A stretch of 64,000 nucleotides of DNA from the human T2T-CHM13v2.0 reference genome, Homo sapiens, in NCBI RefSeq assembly GCF_009914755.1, contig NC_060943.1. One strand, 5' to 3'. Both the position numbers and the translations under genes were made by a program. Numbering within the stretch: the stretch's first letter is position 1; the number at the start of each line of letters is the position of its first letter. The notes beneath the pieces are model-generated. The model ran no database searches and was not told the origin of the DNA. It saw only the letters and a program-made list of their open reading frames with translations. Positions 20,445-38,930 of this stretch are shown one piece after another.

Positions 20445-21085
20445 CATTTGTTCATTCTTTCATTTATTTACCTGCCTGACAAATATTTGTATAGCGCCCT
20501 CCACTAGCCCAGCACAATTCTAGCTTTGGGGATACGGCGGTGAATAGAAACATACAACGTCAGGTAGTGACAAGTGCTGTGATGAAAAATCAAGCAGGCA
20601 GCAAGAGAGAGACTCGAGGGAGATGCTGTTTTGGATCTGCTCCCCACTGTTGCAAGGGGGGTCTTATTTGAATAGCAACATGAAGGAAGTACAGAAAAGG
20701 CAGGAGAAGACCTAGGGGGAAGGTTCCAGGCTGAGTGATCAGCGGGTTCAGTCCCTAAGGTGGGAAGAGACTTGCAGCATCCAGCAAGGCTGGAGCAGAA
20801 TAGGAGGGCCTGGGAAGGCAGCAGAGTGGGGCCAAGAGCCTGGCAGGGCCTTGCGGGCCACAGTAAGGTAACTGGATTCTGCACCTTGGGCAATGGAGGA
20901 CATTGCATGAGGATGTCATATAGGAAGGTGTGAACAGAGGGTGACATTATCAGACCACAGGCACAAGAGTGGATGTGGGAACCAGGGAGCCAACTGCAGA
21001 TGCCCATCACAGTGCTGGGGGCAGGACTGAGTGGCAGCACTGGTGGTGGAGAGAGACAGTGAGATTTGGGTCTCATCTGAAGGTG
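20445..21085 (-). mobile_element. L2 3' fragment
   Basis: ttcattctttcatttattt...aaatatttg end, then typical purine-rich L2 antisense motifs (ggaaggttccaggc, ggcagggccttgcgggccacagtaagg). Confidence 0.6.
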
Positions 21086-21380
21086 TGATGGAAGGATCCT
21101 AAATGCTGCAAGTTCTTCCTAGGCTCCTCCCAGAGCCTTTGGAGCCCCCTTCCCTCCTCCTACTCACTTTTCATTTCTAAAAGAAAGGCTTATTTATTTG
21201 TTTTTGTTTTTGAGACAGGGTTTTGCTCTGTCACCCAGGCTGGAGTTTAGTGGTGTGAAAATGGCTCACTGCAGCCTCAAACTCTTGGGCTCAAGCGATT
21301 CTCCTATACCTCAACCTCCTGAGTAGCTGGGACTATAGGTGTGTGCCACCTCGCCTGGCTAATTTTTTCATTTTTTGTAG

Positions 21381-21494
<114 letters not shown>

Positions 21495-21599
21495 TAAAAG
21501 ACCTATTCCTTAGAGATGACTTCCCCACCCTGACATATACCCTCTAGCCCCTACCCTGACGGGCCCCCTCACAGTTATTTAATCTCTGAAATGAAATCA

Positions 21600-22110
21600 G
21601 GAAGAATTTGAATGACAAGTCACCTGTAATGATGGGGGGGGGTGTCATCTAAATGCCCAAAGCCAATCAAAGCACTTGTGATAGTCCCTCAGCTCCCAAC
21701 CCATCCTGTATACCCTGTTCTGTGTAAACCATATTCCTGCTTTGCCTGCTGCGCCCTGCCAGGCTCTGCCAATAGGGGGCGCTAGCGGGAGGTTGCCAGA
21801 CTGAGGAGGGAAGAGGGATTGCTCCTTCCTGTCTCCTCTCCCACCCCAGCCACCTTCTGCCCCTCCTGGCAGCATCGTTTCTTCTCCTGGCAGCAGATGA
21901 ATCCGGTGTGCAGCTTCCCAATATCTACAAACCCATCTCATCCAGCCTCTCTCCAGAACCCAGCACCAGCTGTAAGCACCTCTCCCCAGGGTCTGACTTT
22001 CAGCTCCACAGAGCCCTTCCTCTAAGTTTCCAAGAGTTTCAGCTCTTCCCTTTCTTCCTTCAGAACTAGGGATGTGGCCACTTCCTGCCATGATACCTCC
22101 ATGACACCTG
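21600..22110 (+). mobile_element. ERVL LTR33/LTR41-family LTR fragment
   Basis: ggcagcagatgaatccggtgtgcagcttcccaa and cagctccacagagcccttcctctaagtttc; homologous to the second copy at 23250-23525. Confidence 0.55.
21766..21784 (+). promoter_or_regulatory. CTCF core motif
   Basis: CTGCCAATAGGGGGCGCTA. Confidence 0.6.
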
Positions 22111-22114
22111 AGAG

Positions 22115-22305
22115 TGAGGGGTGGGAAAGCTATGGCCCTTGGGCCAAGTCCAGCCCATCTGCCTGCCTTTGTACATAAAGTTTTATTGGAACACAGTGAT
22201 GCCCACTATATTGTCCATGACTACTTTCCATACAACAGAAGAGCTAAGGAGTTATGACAGTAAGGCCTTAAAGCTGAAAATACTTACACTCTTGGCCAGA
22301 AAAAG
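22115..22305 (+). mobile_element. MER58A-like DNA transposon
   Basis: ctatggcccttgggccaagtccagccc...ataaagttttattggaacacag. Confidence 0.7.
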
Positions 22306-22416
22306 CTGGCTAGGTCAGTGCAGTGGCCCATGTCTATAATCTCAGCACTTTGAGAAGCCAAAGAAGGAGGATTGCTTGAGCCCAGGAATTCAAGACTAGC
22401 CTGGGCAACACAGTGA

Positions 22417-22709
<293 letters not shown>

Positions 22710-22964
22710 TGAGCCACCGAGCCTGGCTGCTACAAAAACTTTTAAGAATTAACTGAGCATAGGTGTTTGAGACCAGCCTAGCCAACATGGTGAAACCCCG
22801 TCTCTACTAAAAATACAAAAATTAGCCAGGCTTGGTGGCAGGCGCCTGTGTAATCCCAGCTACTTGGGAGGCTGAGGTTGCAGTGAGCCGAGATCGCGCC
22901 ACTGCACTCCAGCCTGGGGGACAAGAGTGAGACTTCGTCTCAAAACAAACAAAAAAACCCTAGA

Positions 22965-24960
<1,996 letters not shown>

Positions 24961-26354
24961 AAATCAAAATGATATGCCATCCATGAAAATGACAGGGAGT
25001 TGTCTAAGTAGCTAAAAGCCGATAAAAACACTCAATGCTGAGAAGGAGCCTATATAGAAACTGTTGTAGTCTTTCTGGAAAATAATTCAACAAAATATCA
25101 CGAAAGCCACAAAAAGGGTATTCTTCTTCCACCCAGTTATTCTGTTCAGAGAACCAATCCTAAGAAAATAGGCTGCAATGCAGGCAAAGCTTTTGTGCAT
25201 AAAGATGCTTGTTGGCCAGGTGCAACAACCCATGCCTGTAATCGTAACACTTTGGGAGGCCAAAATGGGTGAACCACTTGAGCCCAGGGACTCAAGACCA
25301 GCCTGGGCAACAAAATACAAAACAATTAGCCAGGCATGGTGGTGCACACCTGTAGTCCCAGCTACTCAGGAGGCTGAGGTGGAAGGAGCACCTGAGCCTG
25401 GGGAGGTTGAGGCTGCAGTGAGCTGTGATGGCACCACAGCACTCCAACCTAGGCAACTAAGTGAGACGCCAATCTCAAAAATAAAAAAAAGATGTTTGTT
25501 AATGATTATTTATAAGAGCACAAACAATAAAAACACCTGGAAACAACTAGTTATGAAAAATGGCTAAATAAATTATGGTACATCCACATGGAATTACTAC
25601 TATGCAGCCAAGTAACATTCTGTTTAGGTTAAAACAATGATATTATATTTGGCCTTTGAGATGGGCAAAGATTTTATTTTAGAGATTGGTAACACTGACT
25701 GTTGGCAAGAGTATGGGAAATTTCACATTCTCATGCACTTTGGTAGGAATATAAATTGGCGAAGCCTTTTTGAACAGCCATTTGGCAGTATACACTTAGA
25801 AAAAATTTATACCCTTTGACCCAGCACTTTCACTTCTTGGAATGTATCCCTCAGGAACACTCCCACAAATCCACAGGCCAAGTTTATCATGACACTGGCT
25901 ATGCTAGCAAAGCTGGAAGCCATCCAAATAGCCATCAATAGGGGATATGGTAAATAATTCATGCTGAGCCACACAATGGAATCCTTATATCCTCACTTGA
26001 ATTTTAAGCAGGCATCTCAAATGATCCGTGACCAGAGAAAACTCTTGTTTCCCGGCCCCAGCAAACTGCTCCTCCCATGTCCTCCTTATAGTGGAAACTG
26101 GCCTCGCCATTCGCCAGCTGCCCTGGCCAAACCCCATAGTCACCCCGATTCCTCTCTTCCTCTTATGCACATCCAAGCTGGCTGCACACCTGACACAGCT
26201 GCCACTCAAACCAAGGCAACATCTTCTCTCATCCACACCCTCCAACAGCCTCCTAAATGGACCATTCAGTTTCTACTCTTGTCCCACTAAGGTGTTCCTC
26301 AAGACAGCAGCCAGTGCAATCATTTTTAAATGATTTAAAAATTAGATCCTGCTG

Positions 26355-27459
<1,105 letters not shown>

Positions 27460-28267
27460 TTACACCTGTAATCTCAGCACTTCAGGAGGTCGAGGCAGGT
27501 AGATTGCTTGAGCCGAGGAGTTCAAGACCAGCCTGGCCAACATGGCAAAACTCTGCCTCTACAAAAATACAAAAACCAGCCAGGCGTGATGGAGCGTGCC
27601 TGTAATCCCAGCTACTGGGAAAGCTGAGGTGGGAGGATTGCTTGAGCCTGGGAGGTTGAGGTTGCAGTGAGCCAAGATGGCACCACTGCATTGCACCACT
27701 GCACTCCAGCCTCGGTGACAGAGCAAGACCCTGTTTCAAAAACTAAAAAATAATAATAAAAAATAACAGCCACACTCCTTAGCAGTGACTGTGAGGCCCT
27801 GGGATGTGGGCCCTGCTCTCGGATCTCTCTGCCCCTCACTTTTTCCCCTCAACCACACTTTTCCCCTCAAGTCTTTATACATATGGGCTCTCTACTTGGA
27901 AAACACTCTTCCCCAGATCCATCCTTTCACTTGGCAATTATTTGCTGCGCACCAGCTGGGTGTCAGATGGTTCTAGGCGCTGGGGATGCAGAAGTAAGGA
28001 AAATAGTCAAACTTCTGCCCTCATAAAACCCTCCCTGGTGGCTCTTCTCAGGACTGTATTCCCCACCCCTTTTAGGTCTCTTCTCAAACGTTATCCAACC
28101 ACCTTGTCTAAAACAGCATCCACGCACCAGACACTTTTATCTCCTTACCTTGCTTCACCTAACACGATATTAATATATCATACGCTGTCAGTTTCCCCCA
28201 CTAGAACATCAGCAGTTGGGGCGGGGGGCGGGAAGGAGGGGACAAGGAGCACCTCTGCTCATTACAT

Positions 28268-28286
28268 TGCTGCCCCCTAGTGGCCA
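28268..28286 (-). promoter_or_regulatory. CTCF core motif
   Basis: Reverse complement TGGCCACTAGGGGGCAGCA, essentially consensus. Confidence 0.7.
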
Positions 28287-28334
28287 GGATGCAGTGGGTG
28301 CAGAATAGTTGCTCAGTAGTTATTCAGTAAGTGA

Positions 28335-28470
<136 letters not shown>

Positions 28471-28757
28471 TAGCTGGGATTACAGGCATGCGCCACCACA
28501 TCCAGCTAATTTTTTTGTATTTTCAGTAGAGATGGGGTTTCTCCATGTTGGTCAGGCTGGTCTCGAATTCCCAACCTCAGGTGATCCGCCCACCTCGGCC
28601 TCCCAAAGTGCTGGGATTATAGGCGTGAGTCACTGCGCCTGGCCTAAACGTAGCTGTTTTTAAAGATGAGGCAGATCTATGTGTACTAACGTGGGAAGAT
28701 GGCCAAGTTACAAGTAAAAAAAGCAAACTACACAGCAGTAAGTATAGTAAGATATCA

Positions 28758-29162
<405 letters not shown>

Positions 29163-29442
29163 TCATGTATATCCAGTGTTTCTGCTATTTGTACCATTTG
29201 GTATTTTATCATTTAGTATTACATATATAAACAGAAAATAAAGGAGTTCCTTCTCAAATAATTGCTTATGAAAATTTCTGATGGTATGCAAAAATGCTTT
29301 TTAATGCATATATACTTGCTATTGTTGTGCAAAATAGGATTATACTTAATACAAATATGTTTTATAACCGGAAACACAGTATAATGTAAAATTTTTTAAT
29401 GAAATGGACTTTATTTATTTATTTATTTATTTTTATTTTTGA

Positions 29443-29547
<105 letters not shown>

Positions 29548-29885
29548 TGAGTAGCTGGGATTACAGGTGCACACCACTACGCCTGGCTAATTTTTTTGTA
29601 CTTTTAGTAGAGATGGGGTTTCACCATGTTGGCGGGGCTGGTCTCGAACTCCTGACCTCAGGTGATCTGCTCGCCTTGGCCTCCCAAAGTGCTGGGATTA
29701 CAGATGTGAGCCACTGTGCCCAGCCTATTTTTTTAAAACAGGGTCTCACTCTGTCGCCCAGGCTGGAGTGCAGTGGTGCAATCATGGCTCACTGCAGCCT
29801 CAACCTCCCAGACTCAGGTGATCCTCCCACCTCCCAGCCTCCTGAGTGGCTGGGACTACAGGCACATGCCACCACACTTGGCTAA

Positions 29886-30041
<156 letters not shown>

Positions 30042-30519
30042 TGAAGAGAACTGGGGACAACATTTCTAAAGACTCCTTGATAGAATCAGTCAATTGCCCA
30101 TTCAACACTAATTTACTAGAAACCTGCCATGTGTCAGGCCCTGAGCTGGGGACATAGCTAAGTAGACAAGGCTCCCATCCCCAGGGTGTGGAGGCCACAG
30201 GTGAGGTGGGTGGGTATTGTCTTGGTCATGCCAGCATCTATGACCTGTGCTGATCTCATCTGTCCCCTGTGATACCCCTCCAAGTTAGGGGGTCACCACT
30301 CCCCATTTGAGGAGACACTAAGGCTCAGAGGGGGCAGCCACCTGCCTGCAGGTCACAAAGCCAGTAAGGAGTAAGTCCAGATTTGAACCCAGGGTTAGCC
30401 GACTCCAAAACCCATTCTTCTAACTACACTCACATACAGACCGCCTCAAGAAAGGTATCTAGCAGTAGTGACCACATGTGAGCCAGGCATGTGCCAGGCT
30501 CTGTGCAAATGCGCTCTCA

Positions 30520-30887
<368 letters not shown>

Positions 30888-30999
30888 TCAAGAGGAGTGA
30901 CTGACCTTCAGAGATAAGTGGCTTTGCAGGGATCATGTGGGAGCACTGGGGACCTGAAGCTGGCTCCTTCTGGCTCCTAACCAGTGCACTGCTATAGTG

Positions 31000-31403
31000 G
31001 ACTCCATGGTGGCTACCCAGACTCTGTTTCAGGAGTGGGGCACTCATTGCCTCAGCTGCCCAGGGTGTAGGTGGCTGATGGCTCTCAGCTCTGTCAGTAG
31101 AAGAGCGTCCCCTCACCCAAAGTCCTGACTCTCCCCAAGAGCAGCCCACGTCCAGTGACATATCAGTGGGTGCTTAAAGGCCTGGCACCCTTACCACAGG
31201 GGGAGGTCCTTGACGGCCAGCTCAGCTCCAGAGCTGCCTGTGGGACAGCTAAGGCCCAGTTGTGACTGCAGCGCAGCTCAACTCCTCTGCCCAAGCCTGC
31301 TTCCTTCCCTCCTGCACAGGGCAGGTTTCCAGGGGCACGCCATCACACCTCCTGCCTCTACATCTCCATCTCAGAGTCAGCTTCCTGGGACCCTGACCTA
31401 AGA
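31000..31403 (+). mobile_element. LTR16-family ERVL solo LTR
   Basis: Ends ctccatctcagagtcagcttcctgggaccctgacctaaga; internal cagctccagagctgcctgtggga. Confidence 0.65.
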
Positions 31404-32494
31404 TCTTCTTTGCCCTTGAAGGCTAAGCTTTATCCTGAGGGCCTCAGGGGCTTCAGTTAAAGCATACAAGTGACAGATCAGACTCACACTGTAGAAAGGT
31501 TCTATTGGAGGACAAGCTGGGGAGTGGAGAGACTAGAAGCCAGGAGGCCAGTAAGGAGGCTGATGAGAGGGGTGGGACCTGAATTCACACCATGGCAGTG
31601 ATGGCAGGGAGAAGGCCAATGTCAGCCATGGCCACTGGGTGGAAAAAATGGGTCATAATTCAAGACAGGCCAAGGAGACCTGTGCCTGGCCCAGGGGTGA
31701 CTGGCAGGATGGTGGTGCCCCAGGCTGTCTTCCATCTGGAAGTCACTCACCAGCTCTGGGCCACCCTGATGGGGTGCCCACCTTGGCTCTCCTGGTCACT
31801 AGCCATGGGCCTGGACATGAAACCTTGATGCCTCACTGTACATTTGAGAAAACGGGGCTAATACCAGTCCCTCTCTCACTGGGTGGCCATGAGGAGTCAA
31901 GGATGGAGACAAGTCAGAAAGCTCAGACAAGGGCCTGGCACAGCGTGCCACTCCATCAGTGTACTCCGAGCTTCCCAAGTTCCCAGCTGGAGGGCTGGAA
32001 AGGGCACGGGCCTTAAGTCAGACACACCTGGCTGCAGCCCTGTGCATTGGGGACTCCAGATCTCACACTGGGCAGTGATCCTCAGGCCATGAAGGACTGC
32101 TATGAAAATTATGTTAAGTAACACTTGAAAAGTTCCTCGCACATGGTGTGAAATCAACAAATGACAGCTGCTGCTGTTGTGATGACGGTGGTGACTATTC
32201 CTGTGCAGCTCGGCACACTCGGCTATCCCACAGCAGGGCAAGGCCAAACTCCGCCTATCCTTCACGCTCCAGCTCCTCCTCCAGTGTTCTCCCTGTAAAT
32301 GTCATTGCCATCACCCAGATGCCCAAGCCAGACACAGGAGGAATGCTCTCCCTCCTGTCCTCTCCTGCATCCCCCACCCTAGGCAGTCACCAAGCCCTGG
32401 TGCTCTTTAGCCCTTCCCCTAGTCTCTAGCTCTGACGTTCTCCCGCCTGAGGCCCACCAGCTCATTCCTTATCTCCTCACTGGTCTTCCTGTTA

Positions 32495-32838
<344 letters not shown>

Positions 32839-33201
32839 TCAAAACAAAAACAAAAACAAAACTCTTCAAGGGCATCCCATGGGCTTTCTGCTGAGGCCCA
32901 AACCCTTTAGCCCACTCAGTAAGAGCACATCGGGCTTGTTCACCATGGTATCCCCAGGGTATAGCACAGGGCTTGGTATACAGTAGGCACTCAACAAACA
33001 TTGGCTGAATGGAAAATGGATGAACACACAAATCTATGTATGTGCTGGCCATGCTGGTATGAATAATAACAATAATAAAAATAGTATAATCCCAGCACTT
33101 TGGAAGGCTGAGGTGGGAGGATTGCTTAAGCCCAGGAGTTCAAGACCAGCCTAGGCAACAGGGCCAGACCCCATCTCTACAAAAAACACAAAAATTACCT
33201 A

Positions 33202-33438
<237 letters not shown>

Positions 33439-35915
33439 CTATGTGCTAAAGGGCTGTTATTCCCCAATTTTACAGTTGAACAAACTACAACCTAAAGAAA
33501 TGTTAAGCACTTGCCCAAAGCCACACAACCAGTGCACAGCAGAGCTAAGCTTTAAACAGCCAACCACAGACACTCTCAGCTGCCACACTTTGCTGGCCCC
33601 AGGCCCCAAATCCTCTCACCCTACCCTACTGAGTAGGCCCTGAGACACAAAGGTCAGACAGCTGTAAATAAGAACTGTTCCAGACTTCTCTGTTGGTGAA
33701 AAAAGGGCATCCAGTTTAGAGTGACTTCAGGTGCAGGGCTACTCCCTTGGAGCCTGCTTATTTCTGGGATACCAGATGAAAGAATATTTCTGAGCCTACG
33801 TGACTAAAGACCAGGCTGTGGAAACAGGTCACGAGGAAGCCTGTGCCCTCAGGTGGGCATAGAGCTGTCAGCTCTGGGGCTTCTCATCTCCTGTCTCACC
33901 CGGGGCCTCTTTGGGCTTCAGGCTTTAAAATTCACCCTGGGCTGGGTGTGGTGTCTCATACTTGTAATCCTAGCACTTTGGGAGGTGAGGTGGGCGGATC
34001 ACTTGAGGCCAGGAGTTCAAGACCAGCCTGGCCAACATGATGAAACCTGTTGCTCCAAAAAATACAAAAATCAGCCAGGCACGGTGGCGCACCTGTAATC
34101 CCAGCTACTCGGAAGGCCGAGGCAGGAGAATCGCTTGAACCCGGGAGGTGGAGGTTGCAGGGAGGCAGAGGTTGCTGTGAGCAGAGATCGTGCCATTGCA
34201 CTCCAGCCTGGGCAACAGAGGAGACTCTGTCTCCAAAATAAATAAATAAATAAATAAAATAATAATAATAATAAAATTCACCCTGACCTTAAAACTCACC
34301 CTGGGGCAGAAGTTTTCAAACCAGCTGGCAGCTTTATGGGGCAGCGCCTTGGGACCTGCCTGTGGGGTGGGGTGGGAGGCACCCCCATCTCTGCCTTCAC
34401 CAGAGCAGCTCTGCTCTTGCCCAGGGTTCTGAGGGAGTTTGCAATTGGAAAAAAAGTTCTGTCAAAATAACTTTTGAAAGTCAGTGCCCTAAGGGATAAA
34501 CGTCCTTGTCAAGCAAAGTGGCCCTCTCATGTCTTCCCTCGTGATGTTCAGGGGGTTGGATGCTGTAAATTCTGGCATGAGAGAGAGGAGGGTGAGAATC
34601 TCTGATGAGCTCTGTCAAGTCTAACGTCAAGGCTGCCCTGGCCATCTCTGGCCACAGCCCCTTGGTCTGCACACCAGCTCTGGGAGTGTCCTAATCAGGG
34701 GCCTACTTATCTCCCAGGGCACAGTCCTGCCTCTGGGCAGTTGTGCCCATAGTTTCTCCCACCTGGAATAAAAAGAGGAACTACATTTCAGTCCCCCAGT
34801 ATCTGCCAAGCGATGTGTGAGGTACTTGTCCCCACGTCCCGTAACCCTCACTATAGACCTGCAAGGTATTATTATCCCCATCTTAGGGAGGGGAAAACTG
34901 AGGTTCAGAGGAGAGAAATGACACTTAAGGATTCAAATCTAGGAGTGTCTGACACCCAAAGATCCTTTCCACTGCACCCTTGCCTGCCACCTCCCATGGC
35001 CCTGCCTTCCATCCCTCCTCAGCTGCAACCAAATTCTGCCCACGCTCAGGCCCCGCTGGTTCCTCCAGTGCATCCCACTCCCTAGTATCGCCCCATCTTT
35101 GTAGATGCTATTTCCCCTGCTCCAAATACACTCCCCTTCTCCCACACCCCCTTCACCTTGCTAACTCCTTCATGACCTTTGGGAATCAGTTTGGGTATCG
35201 TCTCTTCTGGGAAGCCCTACTGGGATATCTGACTGGGTCAGGAACCTCCTCTGGGACCGTCCTCTGAGCTCCCCAATCACAGCCCAGACAGCTCTGTGCT
35301 GTGGTCATTCACTGTCTTGCGCCCCAAAGAGACTCTAAGCTCTTGGGGGCAGGGTCCAGATCCACTGTGCTCACAGTGGGATCCCATGCCCAGCAAGAGG
35401 CAAGGCACATAGTAGGTACTCAATAAACAGCCACTGAATGGGTGAATGTATGAGTTCTACATGCAGCCCTCCAGGTCCATGATGTGCCAGGCCCTCCCTA
35501 GCAGGTGCTGGGCATAGCACACAGGTGAGGTGTGCTCCCTGCTCTCAGCCCTGCCTCCTGCAGGAAGCCTTTGACCTCCTCAGACCTTTTCCTGCTCCCC
35601 ACTCCATGTCTCTTTCATTCACTTAACAAATCTTTGCACACCGACTAATCCAAGGTGGCATGAAAGGGGCATTTGGCAAAGCAGGACACAGGTGGTGATG
35701 CATGTACCACCTCTCCTCCTCTGTCCCATCCCACAGCACCCGCCAGGCACAGGCATACAGCGCAACATCAGTGAGGTGGTGTCAGGGGCCCTTCATGGCT
35801 CCTTCCTCTTCTGCCACCAGCCAGGCTGCTTCTGAGGTTCGACTGGCTGCCCAGCTGCCCGCCCTCCCTCACTCGCCGGGTCCATGCATCTTTCCCGGCC
35901 CCAGTCCAGCCATAC

Positions 35916-36119
35916 CCGGTTGATGAGCTCGCCAACCATGCCCGTCCAGGAGCCGTTGGGCTCGGGCGCCCCGTACAGCCCATCCTCCACCAACCGCAGG
36001 CGGTAGCGGAAGCGCAGCAGCTCGGCCAGCTCCCGCAGCATGTCCACGCAGAAGCCCTCGAAGCGTTCGTTCCCCGACAGGGCCTGGAAGTTGGGCCGGC
36101 GCATGACGTATGGGTTCTC
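35916..36119 (-). CDS. GRIK5: GRIK5 exon 12 (ENPYVM...FEGFCVDML...[11 protein letters not shown]), S1 ligand-binding lobe
   Basis: 204 nt, cccacccag|GAG ... CGG|GTATGG; CpG-rich coding sequence. Confidence 0.98.
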
Positions 36120-36454
36120 CTGGGTGGGCAGAAGAAAGCAGGGGTCAGAGGCTGGGTGTCTAGTGGCTGGGTTGCGGATCCTGGAGCCCGGACCAGGCAG
36201 GTAGAGCAGGAATCTGCTTGCTGAGCACGGTTGATTTATTCATAGTACACATTTCTCACTTACAAATGCTCAGAGTGGGGAATAGACCTGAAAGCCAGGG
36301 AAAAACACATGGGTACTGCCAGTTCCTAGCAGATTGCAGGGAGCCATTTTAATCTTCAGCAGCCAACCTGATGCTCATTGGTGCCAAGCTCAAATGCGTA
36401 TGAGGGAGGAGGTAACTTTAGAGTCAGACTGGATAGATCTTGTGCCAAAGTGGA

Positions 36455-36680
36455 TCAGGGGCTTTCAGATTTCTTATTACAATTCACAGTAAAAGATACA
36501 TTTTACCCTGCAACCTAATTCACCCACACATGAACACACGTAACTAGACTTAATTCCACAGAACAGTCCTTGCCCTAGTAACTATGGGCAATACACTGAT
36601 ATTTTCTATTCTGCTATACTTCATCTTTCCACATGGCTGGTAATGACTCACCAAACCAACTTCATGAGCCACTAATGGGT
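36455..36680 (+). mobile_element. Charlie4/MER113-like DNA transposon fragment
   Basis: acactgatattttctattct ... ttcatgagccactaatgggt. Confidence 0.45.
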
Positions 36681-36731
36681 TAAAGATGGTATTCCCTCAC
36701 CAGGGTTTAGCTCCAGTCCAATTCCCCATGA

Positions 36732-37112
<381 letters not shown>

Positions 37113-37300
37113 TAAAGTCTCCTGGTTATAAATGTTAGCAACTCTCATGCCTGAAATCTCACTGCTTTGGAAGGCTGAGGTGGGAGGATTGCTTGAGCCC
37201 GAGTTTGAGGCTGCAGTGAGCTATGACTGTACCACTGCACTTCAGCCTGGGCAACTGAGCAACTCTGTCTCTAAAATAAAATAACATAAATGTTAGCAAC

Positions 37301-37676
37301 TGATACGGTTAGGCTTTGTGTCCCCACCCAAATCTCACCTTGAATTGTAATCCCCATAATCCCTATGTGTCAAGGGAGAGACCAGGTGGAGGTAACTGAA
37401 TCAGGGGGGCGGTTTCCCCCATGCTCTTCTAGTGATAGTGAGTTCTCACGAGATCTGATGGTTTTATAATGGGCTCTTCCCCCTTCACTCGGCACATCTC
37501 TCTCCTGCTGCCTTGTGAAGAAGGTGCCTTGCTTCCCCTTCGCCTTCTGCTATGATTGTAAATTTCCCAAGGCCTCCCCAGCCATGCTGAACCTGTGAGT
37601 CAATTAAACCTCTTTCCTTCATAAATTACCGAGTCTCGGGCAGTTCTTTACAGCAGTATGAAAATGAACTAATACA
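37301..37676 (+). mobile_element. THE1D-like MaLR solo LTR, full length, 5-bp TSD GCAAC
   Basis: TGATACGGTTAGGCTTTGTGTCCCCACCCAAATCTC...GAACTAATACA; GCAAC at 37296-37300 and 37677-37681. Confidence 0.9.
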
Positions 37677-38512
37677 GCAACCAATTCAAATTCTAATACC
37701 AATTATTATTAAATGTTCTGCAGGCCAAAACAAACACAGTTTCTAGTTTGCAATCTCTGACCTACAGTCAGTTTGCCACATTGACGCTTATTTCTGAGGG
37801 GTTTGAGCAAACTTTACTGATCCCGTTGTGCCAAAGAAACACAAAAGCAGAAAGAATGGTCCAAGTGCTAGGAAAACAAGGCATGTGATGATGGTAACAA
37901 ATGGGAAACTTATCTGGACACAGTTATTGTCTAAATGGTTGTTTGTACAATGTCACTTTGGAATAATGAACAAAAGGACTTAGGACTTAGGGAAGAGCCA
38001 GGAAAGAGCTTTGGTTAAAATATACACAATGAGCCAGGTGTAGTACCTCAAGCCTGTAACTCTAACACTTTGGGAGGCCAAGACAGGTGGATGGCTTGAG
38101 CCCAGGAGCTCAAGACCAGCCTAGGCAACATGGCAAAACCCCGTCTCTATAAAAAATACAAAAATTAGCCAGGCGTGCTGGTGTGCACCTGTAGTCTCAG
38201 CTACTCGGGAGGCTGAGGTAGAGTCCCAGAGGCTCAGGTTGCGGTGAGCCGAGATTTCACCACTGCAGGCCAGCCTGGGAGATGGAGCGAGACTCTCTCA
38301 AAAATAAAATAAATAAAATATCCACACTGGTTATTGTGTATTGAGAAACTGTGCTGTGCATTCTCTCGATGACATTATTTTAATTCCTTATGGTGACCTT
38401 ACACTGAAATGGGCATAAGTAGATTCCTTTTACACATGTGGACACGGAGGCTCAAAGTGGTTAGGTGACCTCTGTCACCTCTCATTCATTCAACACACAA
38501 TTACTGAGCTCC

Positions 38513-38930
38513 ATGGTAGATGTGGCCACAATATTGTGCTGCTTCTTCTAGCAACAGATGGGGTCCATTTCTCCCTGGGTTCAGACTTCTTGGTCTGAGC
38601 TGGCCTTATGACTTGTTTTGGCCAACTGGATGTGGCAGAAGTGATGCCGTGTGAATTCCAGAGTCTCAGCCTTCAGAGCAGCCCCCATTTAAGGAAGCCC
38701 AGGCTGGCCTGCTGGAGGGTGAGTGAACCAAGGCATGCCAGCCAACAGCCAGCATCCACAGCCATTCTGCACTTTCCAGTCCAGTCTGGACACCAGCTGA
38801 ATGCTGCCGCAGTGTGCCCAAGTGAGACCAGCCAAAGAACCACTAAGTTGACCCACGGAATCATGCAAAATAATCAACTGCTATTGTTTCAGTTTCTGGG
38901 TTCTGGGTGGTTTGTCACACAGTAATAGAA
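38513..38930 (+). mobile_element. Old MLT1 (F/G/H-like) LTR
   Basis: tgacttgttttggccaactggatgtggcagaagtgatg ... gggtggtttgtcacacagtaatag. Confidence 0.65.

Noticed and set aside
34141-34182. Internal duplication in an Alu right arm (gggaggtggaggttgca / gggaggcagaggttgc)
   Set aside because: Ordinary slippage inside an Alu; similar small duplications occur near 7710 and 27680.
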